Shown here: one piece after another, positions 27,189 to 39,490 of the stretch
How the letters are laid out: each line of letters starts with the position of its first letter
Numbering within the stretch: position 1 is the first letter of the stretch
DNA from: Amoeboaphelidium protococcarum X5
Lineage: Eukaryota; Fungi; Aphelidiomycota
NCBI GenBank assembly: GCA_023515725.1
Contig: JALDTO010000179.1
Span: forward strand, 62,001-126,000
Direction of reading: 5' to 3'
DNA length: 64,000 nucleotides
Notes under the pieces: model-generated
The model's database searches: none
Seen by the model: only the letters and a program-made list of their open reading frames with translations
What the model was told of the DNA's origin: nothing
Made by a program: the position numbers and the translations under genes

Positions 27189-27776
27189 ATCAAAACCCAC
27201 TGGTGCGTCTATCCTCCCGGAGCCAGAATTTCCCCATGAATCGCGATCGAGAAGGGGTATAGTTCTCTTATATATTGAGTGTACTTTTAATTTGCAGCCA
27301 ATAAATGATGTAGCTCATAGTTCATATCATCTTATGCCATATCTCTGAATTTTGGTGAAGCTGGATGGATTGGTGTCAGTTTCTTCGTAAGTGGAAGTTA
27401 ACCCACTGCGACATTGTCCCAACTGTTAATTAAGCATAACTAAAGTCAAATTGTCTGTATCTTTGTTGTGTGATGTGAATGGTAGATTCCTGGTTCCCAG
27501 CTGGACAAGTTGCTGTACAACCAGCTAATATCCGTACAGAAGTCCTCGTCACCGCATGTATCCTGTTTATAAGATGTCTCCCGCTCTCTCTTTCAATCGA
27601 TTGCACAAATCTGATGTCCATGACTTTGTAATGAAACACATTAGTTTAGAAGGATTGACTGAAGAATTTATCTGTTCCGGTTCTACTAGGAGTCAAATGA
27701 AATCATTCAAAATCCCAAGTAACTTTTGAGCGCGCTTGCCAAGCCGCATAATTTGAAATTGACCAAGCATTTGAGC

Positions 27777-30700
27777 TCATTCTGATTCTTGAAATCGACT
27801 TTGATTCTTGCTGCACAGATATTTTGGTCGAGGCTCATCGCATATCAGACATATAAGGACCTGTGTAAGATTTTCAGCTGCCATGATATCTCGATGATAA
27901 AACTTGTGGCACTTTCTACAGTACTTGATTCTCATTCCAAAGCTCTCACAAACACAGCCACAACATGGCGCCTTTTAAGAAGTGAGGTGCTCATCTAAAA
28001 AGACAACAGGATAGCCTAGAGACCTCACCTTCTGTACAAAGTGGCGCTAAAATGAGAGATGAATTGTCTATTTACTATCAAATTGAGTATTTCCAATACC
28101 AAACACCACTCGGCCGTTTGACTTCTAAAATACGCTAGCATCAACCATATTTAGAATAGCATTAGTAGCTCTATCAAACTCTGCTCTTTAGGCCTTTTTA
28201 AAGTCCCAATGTCTCTTTTGCCATATTTCAGATGAATAATATGACCTTAAATGCTAATAGATATCAATGTACCTTTCCCAATAGCATTCCATTGACTCTT
28301 CTTCTCCGCGATACATAGACCGTTCTAACTGAGTAATATCAGATGGCCTACCTTGGTGATACTTTCTAAACTTACGTCCAGGCTCATTGACTGCAGAAGA
28401 TTTCAAGGCTAATGCTCTAATAATACGCGATTTTCCATGCCCTTTAACAGCTACAACTCCAGCAGTGTATCTTTCGCCAATGTCAAGACAGCAAATCCAG
28501 TGCTCAGAGAGTTTATCCGGCTGAAGTTTAACAGTGTCAGACACCTGCATTGTACCTTTACTCAGTCTTTTTCTCTAAGCAGCCTCTAGCAAGCCTTCAC
28601 CTTAACTTTCAGCAAGACGTCTCACCTACTACTTACGCCTGATATCAATCAAGTGAACTTTTAAAACTTTACCGTTAGTTATGAAAGTGTTAGATAGTAT
28701 TCTACGCGTAGTGTCACATGCTTCTGGCATATACTGACTGAGCAGCCGCAATCCCTTCTTCAATTTAATACCATAGCATTCTCGTAATGTATGACCTTTC
28801 TACTTTACCAACCCACCTTCACTATAATAACATTGCAGATCTCGAAGAAGCTCTTATTTGCGCTCTTACTCCATCTATGGATTATTATTGATTGAACTCT
28901 AAAGTAGCCTCATCATTGAATTTTCGGTAAAAGTAACATAACAATCTTGCGGTGATGACAAAGGATACCCATATTGACGGTCCTTGGGAAGCAGGTCGTT
29001 CAAAGACTAAAACTTCTAAAACACAGAAGGCATCTTGTCAATTTCCTCAATTCTTCTGCGTAACTCAGGATCATGCTCCAGCACTTGTGCAGCCAACAGT
29101 TCGACTCTGCCAATTACTTGAGAAGCAAACTCAGAATCTAACTAAATAGCAAGCTAGTCCACAATTTCCTTAATGTTTAAAGTGCTATCAAATTTTCTTT
29201 CCAAACTAATCATGATATTCATCTACTATCCAAGCAATTGCCCAAATTTGAGAACAGCGGCACCTTTTTGGCTTGCAATAGATCTCCCATTACGTAAAAA
29301 TCTAATCACGCCTTACCAAAACTTCCTACCTCCCTATCCCGGAGTGTCAGAGTAGCAAATATCATCTAATAAGGAAATTTCATCAGGATATTACTCCAAA
29401 ATAATGCCAATAAACCATTGTACACCTAATTAAGCCATTCTTTTCAAAAGATTAATGTCTCTCACCACTGTCTGAATTGTAGCGGCCAATTAATGTTACA
29501 ACTACTACGACAAAGAACCCTTACTGAGGCATTTTCTCAACGATCCAACCTCCAGAGTAGACATAGAATGAGCACTTTTCAGCTTTGTCATTAGCAATGT
29601 CTCTTCTGTATTATTTCTTTTCTAACCACTTGAACGCGCATCACATTTATCGCGAGTTACAGAGCTGCTAGCACGATAGTTGCCACGTCTCGCTGTCTGG
29701 GAGGACTAAACACGTCTCTTTTTACGCGGAGCTACCTCAATATTGTCATATTAACTAGTATCATCACTCTCCTCCTAGCGTTCTTCATGACTTTCAATAT
29801 CACGGATGAACTTTGGTGTCTATTTCTTTGGCTGAGGTATTTCCGATTTAGACTTGCGATTCCTTTCAACCTCCTGGAAGATATATCGCCCACCGCTTTA
29901 TATTGACGTACCATTTTATCGATCATCAACATACTCCTTCTTATAAAGAGGCAGAAATCTATTGTAGCCTTTCCACCTATCTTGAAGAGATAAATAAGAC
30001 ACCTCTTCACGAGACTTTCCAACATGACGGCTTTAGATTTTCCACTCTTAGTAGGCATCTATTTTTACAGATTTCAGCTAAAGGACGCTTTCATGCCACT
30101 TGGAACAAAGATTCCTTAAGGCATAAACTTCGTGGTACTGACCATGAGCAGCTGTCAATGAGCTGGCAGATATTTCGCGTCGGATCCATTCCAATGTACC
30201 CATAGAGACGAAAACTTCATCCTCCACATGCTTGAACAGATTATCAAGCGAATTCTTTTCATAGTTCGGATCCCCCTCTAGGGACTGAACAATGAGCCTC
30301 TCTTGATTAGAGTCGAACACACGCTAGGCCTGACAGAATATGGGACCAACTTCCATTACACTCTGATATTAACTAACGATACTCTTAACATCTGAATGAC
30401 CGGCTTCCATCAGCTTACGAATGATTTTCAAATTGCGCCCAAAACCGAATCCTTTTACATTGTCAGAGTAATCGTTACCTGATACTACTGCGAGCGCAAC
30501 CCAGGCAGAATTAGTTAGATTCAATTTATCGCAGACCACTTTCCTATCCAGCACAAAAAATTTCATTAATCCGCAGCCAAATGTTGGCTTTGCAGCTACT
30601 AAGACATCCTTATGCATGAATAGATCAGAATCAAAGCTTACTGCGACGACTGGATCTTTACACTTGGCAATGTGAACATCTGCCTCTCCACACGCAACTT

Positions 30701-31223
30701 CAACATTATAGCCCGCTTTAATCAGCTCCTACTGTAGATTTGACGCGTCATCAGCCTTAAAATGCCAAGTAGAGCGCTCAAGCTTTCCAATCATGCACCA
30801 CTTTGCTTTACTCACTTTCTGATCAACCGGCAGATTTTCCAAACAATTACGCAGTTTCAGAATTTGTTTCAGTCTGGCATTGACGCGTTTGAGAGAAGTC
30901 TGAGATTTCTCGCAAGTCTGCTCTCCTTCAAACACCAATGTGACAATGTCTTTTATTGGCCTAGCCTCACCTTAAACCATCACCATTTAATTAAGAGGAA
31001 GCGCTGTCTTTACGAGATGGATGCTAGCCTCGAGGGGATTCTTGCTGCGATTGTAAATCCTGCGCAGATGACGATAGAATGTACCATTGAAGTCTACCAT
31101 AATCTTGAACTGTGATCCTAAAGCTGAGGTGGCCATTTAACACATTCTTTATATATCAACTGCTCTTTGATTGCTAAAGAGGTTCAGCCTTCTTAATTGA
31201 CGATGAACTCCCTTTACACCCAT
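27777..31223 (-). CDS. XPG/FEN1-like PIN 5'-nuclease fused to a Fanzor (TnpB-like RuvC) nuclease, 1148 aa
   Basis: Continuous table-6 ORF. PIN part: MGVKG, MVD, LVFEG, GEADVHIA, SFDSDLF and SGNDYSDNVKGFG (H3TH). Fanzor part: FITNGKVLKV, CLDIGE (D914), VVFGIG, FLDEHLTSQ (E1078), CCGC...CRKC, HRDIMAAEN (D1112) and RPKYL. Confidence 0.85.
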
Positions 31224-31850
31224 GGTCTTCTTCGAGTTGAATATATCTTACACAGGAGTGAATAGAGGCCTGACTCAATTAAAGCGTGTTGGACGCATCG
31301 TATCAACGATGATCTGGCCAATAATGTTAAATCATCCGGTTGAAACTGGATCGTCGACGGTAATTGCGCAAGAAAGCTCATATTCATATTATGAGTTAAG
31401 AAATAAGACTACAATAGGGCAACATTGTTGGAAGATATTTAAAGCATGCTGATGCTGATTGGTTAACGACTTAACATTATTTGCGTGTTAATTAGTGATA
31501 GTGTCAAAGGTAATTAATTCATCCATAGAATCAAAGAAACCATTTTTGTAAGACGTTCATTCGTAAAATCTTTCATCGAATAACAGATCTTTAACTGTCC
31601 CTCCAACTTGAGGAAGGTAGTCTGCCAATTCGCTGTTTCTGTGCTCCTGGTAGAAGTATTAGAAGAGTCGTGATCAGTGAAGTCTAGACAACAATTAATG
31701 AAACTAATCATCATCAACAGTATAAATCGTTCAATTACGTCTTCATATACAATATTATGAGCAATTTACAACCCACAGATCGTGAATGAATATTCACAGG
31801 TTCATGCTTGAATTTCTTCTTTGCGAATGTTATTGTTCTAAATGTAATTA

Positions 31851-32111
31851 TCAACTTTACAAGATGCACATTGATATCAAGGCCGAAAGCTTATAGAGAC
31901 CTTTCGCCTCTGGTTCATAGACGCCGTGATTAGTTAGAGGATCAGCGTCACTCTTAGGACAAACTGAGACAACCACTTCAGTGTTTGGCTTTTCAATTGC
32001 CACAATAAGTGATTGACCCGTAATTGGATTGAATACCTTGTACTTAAATTGCTTTTGAGGCTTGGCCCAAGAAACGGTTTGCACACCAATGATCCCGTTA
32101 AAGATTAACAT
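31851..32111 (-). CDS. Small hypothetical ORF, possibly the first exon of a spliced gene extending to ~31560
   Basis: ATG-initiated frame of about 86 codons. A downstream segment after an AG reads RLFQYFYQEHRNSELADYLPQVGG...ERFYE*. Confidence 0.3.
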
Positions 32112-32992
32112 ATTAGATTTGATTCAAATTTCGCTTTAAATTAATTGAGAAGAAGAAAGTAATTCAGGTGAAATGACGCCTTTTATGGGTGCGTGGTAAA
32201 GCAGCAGTATTTGTTAGAGGCGTTAACGGTCGGTCAAGTTATGAAGATTGACGCGTTAACGAGTGATTGGTGACCATGAGTTTGTCGCCTCTTTTCTTTG
32301 GCGGATTTTTGGAATAGTGAATTTAGAGTAATTAAATATAATATTATCTGGAAATAGTGCTTTCCATGACTGACAAATATGTCCATTGGAACGGTGGTTC
32401 CCGTGTCTCTGCTGGTATTAATAATACGGACAGCCCACGTATCAGTATTGGCTAATGCTTCGTTAATCTCATGTGATTGGCCAATTAGCGAAGCAATTAA
32501 ATCAGTTACCTTATTTGGCACTTGTTACTATTCCTGCTGATTTTAGCAATTTAACATCATATTATAGAAAGGAAAACTTAAGAAGTTTCGATGTTGCAGA
32601 TTGTTTTAAGAGGCAAAAGTCCAATCTCTATTCTAGAAAGCACCACAAGACGGAGAATATATAATCGAAATGTACATTATGTGTATTTAAGACGCAAAAG
32701 TTCATTCTTGTATAGCTCTCATGCCTTCTTACTGCCATTGTAGATCTAGGATATCTGAATTGTTTGTACGCGTCAAGAAATGCCTTGCGGTTGTTTGAAC
32801 TGCGGCGATAACTTGAGTCAACTGATGATAAGAAACGCTAATCCACTGACTGTTTGCGAAACAATTGTTCCGTCCCAAAGCCACATGGCCCCTTCCCACC
32901 ATTATCTTTACACCAAACAGTGGCGCTTATTTGGAGTATTTTGTCTCACGACTCATTATATTTCATTCACCAGTCTGTCTCTTTTCGATATA

Positions 32993-34558
32993 ATGACCAG
33001 TTTAAACTTTATGGATGTGCTGTGGTACTCTGTGTATAGTGCGGCGGCATTCTTCTTAATGCAATTTCTATATGAAGTGTACAAGGGGAAAAGTGTCAGA
33101 AGAGGCGTTCCCGGTCCGGTGATTGTTCCCCTGTTGGATAACTTAATAGAATGCATATTGACACTGGGACAAAGTTTTGACTCGCTAGTGGAATACACTT
33201 TGAAATTTCATGACAAGGTGTACTCCTTGGACGGTGAGGTGAAATACGTGGGAAAACCCAAAACTTGGATGGTCAATCTGCCCTTCATTCCGCGGCACTT
33301 TGTCACCACTGATCCGGAGTGTGTCGAGTTTGCGCTCAAGACAAAATTTGAATTGTTTGAAAAATCTCCCGAATTGAAGCATTTACTCGCCCAACTTCTT
33401 GGTAAAGGGATATTCGCATCGGATGGACCTCGTTGGTTGGCATAGCGTAAGGCTACCAGTTAGATATTTCATGTAAAGAACTTTAGGGAATATTTTATGA
33501 CTGTATTCCGGGAGGGGACTGATTTGCTGATAAAGATTCTAGTTAAAGCTGCGTCTGAGGGAACGGTGGTGGATTTGTATGATTTATTTCATCGATTCAC
33601 GTTGGATTCTTTCAGCCTCATTGGTTTTGGTAAGTAATTACATTGCTTGCAGTCTTATTTAGATGGCGATTTGAGTCCTGTTGCATTTGCTGCGGCTTTT
33701 GATAAGGCTCAGCATATCACTGCACTTCGCACCATGTCTTCCATCTGGCCTATAACAGAGTACTTTGATGGATCCGCGCAGATTATGAGAGATTGTGTTA
33801 AAACGATTAATGAATTTTCATCTCAGTGCATTGAAGAACGTCGTTAGGATCCAGATAAGGATAATAAAGATGATTTGCTTAGTAGATTTATGCGTTTACG
33901 CGATGAAGAGACTGGTGAATTGTATAGCGATCAGGAACTTCGAGACACGATCATGAACTTGATAATTGCCGGTAGAGATACAACTGCATAAACATTAAGT
34001 TGGGCGTTTACTGAGTTATTTAAGCATTCGGAAGTGATTGAGAAGATTCGTGATGAATTTCAAAGTCAAATTACGGACTTCAATATTGACGACTTTTCTA
34101 GACCGAGTTATGATGAAGTGCTCAAGTTGTAGTACGCTAAAGCTGTGTTCAATGAAACTCTAAGATTGCATCCTGCAGTTCCGCGTCAGTCCAAAGGAGC
34201 ATTAGAAGATGTGACATTGCCTAATGGGGTTTAACTGAAGAAGGGAGAAGTGTTTGTATTCTCATCCTATGTCATGGGCAGACTGGAGAGTATATGGGGT
34301 GAAGATGTCCTAGAGTTTAAACCAGAGCGCTTTATAGACCAAAATCACTCCCCTTATAAGTTTCTCGCTTTCAATGCTGGTCCACGACTTTGTCTTGGTC
34401 AATAGATGGCATATTTGGAGGCTATCACTGCTCTGGTACTCGTGTTAGATCAGTTTGATTTTAAGCTTGCTATGCCTGAGGAAGAGATTCAGCATGCCAT
34501 TGGACTGACGTTGCTGATGAAGAATGGACTTAAAGTCACGGTTGAAAAGAGAATTTGA
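32993..34558 (+). CDS. Cytochrome P450, CYP86/CYP704-like fatty-acid hydroxylase type
   Basis: N-terminal [14 protein letters not shown]-helix AGRDTTA, ETLR, FKPERF and heme motif [10 protein letters not shown]. Confidence 0.95.
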
Positions 34559-34713
34559 GACTCAAAATTTGGATTATAATGAACAATATCTTGCTAGAAA
34601 TATTATGATTGTATTATACTATAATGATCAAAATAAAATACTATCGAAAAAACGAAAAATGACAGTTATTTTAGTAATAACTGGTAGTTAATAATACAAT
34701 ACAAAACTCAATT

Positions 34714-37346
34714 TCATTCTCCCTTAATATTGGTATTCTAGTCTTGCAAGTTAGACTCCAAAGACTGCCTGTCATTATCCTTCTTTTTAGATACGACAGA
34801 GTCACTTTCTTATTGAATTGCACCTTCATTCAGTCGATCATCTTCCTTATCGTGCAAATTCACGTCTTTTACTTGACCAACAACTTAGTCAGCAATATCA
34901 GTAGACTCTTACACCACTTCCTTTGTGGTAGAATTACCAGAATCATTCCCGTTTTGTGAAGTTGCCGTACCAATAGATGTGATATGATCTACAGATATTT
35001 CGGTGGTATTATGTGAAGTCTCAATAGCTGCAAACAGATCAGTTTATAAAACAGGCGCACCAAACAGCTAATCTAAAAATGCCTTGCCTTACAAATTAGA
35101 CGCTTCAGCAGGAGTCTACTTCAACTAACGCTTGCCTTGACCGCTGGCACCAGTACTATCATCCCCATCATCATTGTCAGCAGTTTCATCCTCTTCACCA
35201 ATAGAAATTCTCGTTTAATCAATTTGATTCTTACTACCATCATCGTTGTTCCTAGACACGGAACTTCGATTATTTTATAGGCCAAAACTCTGATAATCCA
35301 CCCAACCACCAGCATCATCGTCATCATCCGCAGATCCGGCAGAGGTGGATCCATAACGATTTGGGAAATCTGAAATCACCTACTGGATCATAAATCTTGC
35401 CATCTAATCCGATGACATGTCAAAGTACGATAAACTTTACGCCTACTACTGATCAATCTCACCAGATGATAGCTAAGCATTCTAGGCAGTACCATTCCCA
35501 GGAGTGGACAGTGTTAATCCATTCATTCCGGCACTGAGTGGAGACGGTATAAACACAGGCTTTCCACCTGCAAATTGCCTGTTGTTCTTCAATTCTGCAT
35601 CTTTATACCACCCATTAACGTATTCCTACCACTCCTCATCATTAGTCAACGGCGCAATAACATGCTATTACAACTCACTTTATGCAGAATCTTTTCCATC
35701 ACCATCATCGCTACTATTTCCGGTGTGTCTGGAGATGAAGCTCAGTACTTTTTCAGTCATCAGAGTAATGTGTCCCATATTGCCAAATCTCAACGATTTT
35801 GGCTGTGCTACACTAACCTGATTCTGCTTGTTGGCTTTACAAATCTATTTACACAATTCAGCATCCTTGAAAAGGGAAATGATTAACTATTCTGAATACT
35901 GCAGCGGTGCATCAAATAGATTATTCAAAAGCTGAACCACCAAATTATGCAGCAGATTATTCCAAGTGAACTGAAAGAAATACCCCAGAATTATAGCAAG
36001 AATGCCATTATCAAGAAGAAGCTTAAACACTGCAGGCTTGGTATTTTCATGCTAATGACTATCCATAGATTGTAAAGATGCCAAGTTGGCCAGAGTACCT
36101 AGATTGGAATGCATCTTACCACTGGCAGCTTCCAATAGATTAACAAAGAATTCAACCAAGGCAAGTCTCTCACCACCAAAAGGTATAAGTATTCCAGTGC
36201 TCAAATCTCTTGGCACTAATTTACCAACAGGCTTCTACAGAATATTCTTCAGTTATAACACGGTATCGTTACTGCAAACCACATCAATCAGCTCATCAAT
36301 ATTCAACGGATCCCTCTTAATGATAGGAGCAGGCGCTGTCATAGCTCCAAACTCACCTCCGCCGCCACCACCACCTTCACTCATCTGAGATGCCATATCA
36401 TCTTCATCACTCTGAGTATAATGCTTGATCAATTCAGTCAGCAATTTAACACCATAGACAATACAAGATGACTACTGCTGAATATTATCACCTGGTGGTC
36501 GTGTAATGAACGAAATCAGCTTCTCCACATTCTACTTTCCTTTTATTTACTGTACTAAAGCATTACAGTTTAATAGATCAGAATCTACAATCTAAGATTA
36601 TGAATAGACAGAGATTATATCCACGAGTAACAACTGAGCTGTTGAATGCCACTGATAATCAAGTGCAGGACTGAACATGTCAAACATTTTATCAATTAAT
36701 GCCGCCTCCGAAAGCCACCCAGTAATATCATGTCCTTCTTCATAAGTATCACAAGCTATAATTTTAAGGATGACATCACCAATAGCAAAAGTACAAGCAT
36801 GACGAAGAAGTTATTGGACACAATTCTACTTCTACCGCAGATACTGCAAAGTTTCATGCGTTCGCTTCACCAACAGAGTTCCGACAACTTTATTAAAATA
36901 CCCCGCATTAACCGGATTGATATCTTCTTCAGTGTCAATAATAGAGTATAGAATATCCATAAACTCCATGTGACTATCCACAAGTTCATTAATGAAAGCA
37001 TTCGTCTCACAGCACAAAATCTCTGAAGCCACAAAGGGAAACTTAAAGCGTTCATCCGCCAATAATTCATTCTACTCCACTTCAGTCTCTGGAATCCCAC
37101 ACAACCAAGTGATGATTAACTTGAGGTTGTTCTCTTGACATAGACTACAATGAACATGATAATTTAAAATTATATTTCAATGGTGGATTTCAATTCTTAC
37201 AATTCAATAACCTTGGTGTTCTAAGTCTTGACTTCCTGCAGTAGTTCATCCTCTCGGAACAATTCATACAAAGTACATCCACCCTCTCTATCCAAGAGGT
37301 TCTCAATATTAGATGAAGTCTACTGAAATCCAAATCTCCAAAACAT
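34714..37346 (-). CDS. SIT4-associated protein / PP6 regulatory subunit (SAPS family); intron 37145-37200
   Basis: MFWRFGF start, RFKFPFVASEILCCE, NAGYFNKVV, FFQFTWNNLLHN and MGHITL. Confidence 0.9.
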
Positions 37347-37784
37347 AATATTGTCTCTTATAAAGTAGGAATATTAAATTTGTCGATTATGACTTTTAGA
37401 ACTAGCTTGATAGTAAATAGAAGCAAAAGGGTATTTGAGCAAGAATGAAGGAAAGAAGAAAGAGACGAAGCAGATTGAAACAAACGAGCCGTCTGTCTGT
37501 CTAAGTAACTCTGAACTGTAATCATAAGCAGAGAACGCGATCACTCTACAGAGATGCGTCGTGGAGAAATAAAGTGTCTCTCGGAGGTTAAAACATGATG
37601 ACGCGTCCCCTCTCTACGCTATCACTTGGGCGAGCAGGCAGGGAAGCGAGTCTAGCCATGCCGTTCTCGAAAAATTTTCGTTTCATCCTCTCAGTAGAAT
37701 TCATTTAGTCATTTATTTCTATTAGTACAGCAGTTGTAAAGTCTCGGGGAGTTATTTTTTAGTTTAAAGTGCTTATTGTCAGAG

Positions 37785-39074
37785 ATGAAGTCTATATGGA
37801 GTCGGCGGTTTATAATTCCAGCGGTGGTTATATTAATTGTGGTGTTAAACATATTCGTGCCGTTCAAGTACACGCTCTTCAACTCTGATTAATGGTACGG
37901 TAGTAGAGGTAGAAAGCCTGACTCTCCTGCAAAGTCGTCACCAACATCTGAATATAATAGATCCTCCCTTTTACATCCAAATTCATCTTCCACTCAGTAG
38001 TCGTCCTATATTGAACGTAGGCATCTCAAGGTTAATATCAAGATTTATAATAAACACTATCTGGGTAATGATTTTGGCGGTGAGATTAAAGGATGTCGGT
38101 TGGGAAATGAGACGATTAAATGCCATATGTTCAAACGAACAGAAGATGTCAACTAAGATTACATTGACGCCCTATGGTATCATATTCCTACTCACTTTGG
38201 CCAGTAGGAACCGGTGAGGATGTAGAATGGAGTTCAGACAAGTTGGAACATTGGCTTCTCATACGAATCGTCAGGATATTATGCTCGAATGAACGATGCC
38301 GAGTATATGAGCAGATTTGATCTCCTCATGACATATAGATTAGACTCTGATGTCGTACTTCGATACTTTAGTAACGCGTCCGAGTATTACTCTTCGCCTG
38401 CCATTGGACTTGATCAGCGATATCCTGCAGTCTTGTACGTGCAGAAGAACTGTGATCCCCGTAATGGCCGTGAAGATATTGTGCGCGATCTCATGGAGGC
38501 CGGTGTACCCATTCATGCGTATGGAACTTGCTTGCATAACCAGGATAAAGTTTTGACTATTGGTAATGATACATCCTGGACTGCGGATGTCTTTAAGGGT
38601 GGAGTGAATAAAGAACTGCTGGCCAAGCATTATAGGGCATGTGTAGCTATTGAAAACAGTAATGCTCGCGACTATGTATCTGAAAAGCTGTGGGATTCTT
38701 ATCGGTGGGGATGTGTTCCTATTTATTTAGGAGCTCCAAACGTTGTGTCTGATTTTATGCCTTCAAATGATAGTGCGATATTGATACCTCCGCGCAAAGA
38801 TTTAAATTTCCTGCCAGTTGATGGCCGCGTAGATTCTCAATATCAAAGCAGATCGGTTCAAGATGCTGTACGAGATATCCAACTCGCATTACGTGATGAT
38901 GATGAATACTATCGGAGGTAAAAATGGCGGCAGGTCCCGTTTCATCAACGATCTCCTGGATTTTAGCGAATAATGAATATAACTCAGATGCCATCTCAAG
39001 ATTGTTAGATGTGTGCTAAAATCGCTTAGTTGAAACTGAATTCTCTCCGGAAACTTTAAAGGATGCTTGAATGA
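37785..39074 (+). CDS. Alpha-1,3-fucosyltransferase (GT10)
   Basis: Type II TM anchor, MTYRLDSDV, GT10 motif YRACVAIENSNARDYVSEKLW and VPIYLGAPNV. Confidence 0.9.
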
Positions 39075-39490
39075 AATTTGAGCTGTCCAGAGTTTGTCTC
39101 ACTGCCACTGATGTTATATTCGGTTGATTATGGTGATGTTTTCATTCAATTGTTCGAGTGTTAATAAGTATAAGTTAACCTTTTATCTGTACATTTAAGA
39201 TTAATGCCTCAATATGATGCAAGAAGTAGACTTGTTTGGCAGTGCGCAATGTACCTTTGTGTTTCCCCTTGACACGTTGGCGGTCACTGAATCACTCCCG
39301 ACGCGTCCCTTTTTTGTTTTTCAATCTCCATAATAGCGGCGCGTTGATAAAATTCAAAAGAAATTCTCTTTCCATCTGTATTGTGACAAAATATTGGCTT
39401 TCTCGCTTGCAATTGTATAGTGCAAAATCTCTATTTTTATATCAAAATCTAAATTGTATTCAAATACTGCCAATTGTATATCAACTAAAT

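Noticed and set aside
27091-27777. CRISPR-like repeat array next to the RuvC nuclease
   Set aside because: No regularly spaced direct repeats are seen.
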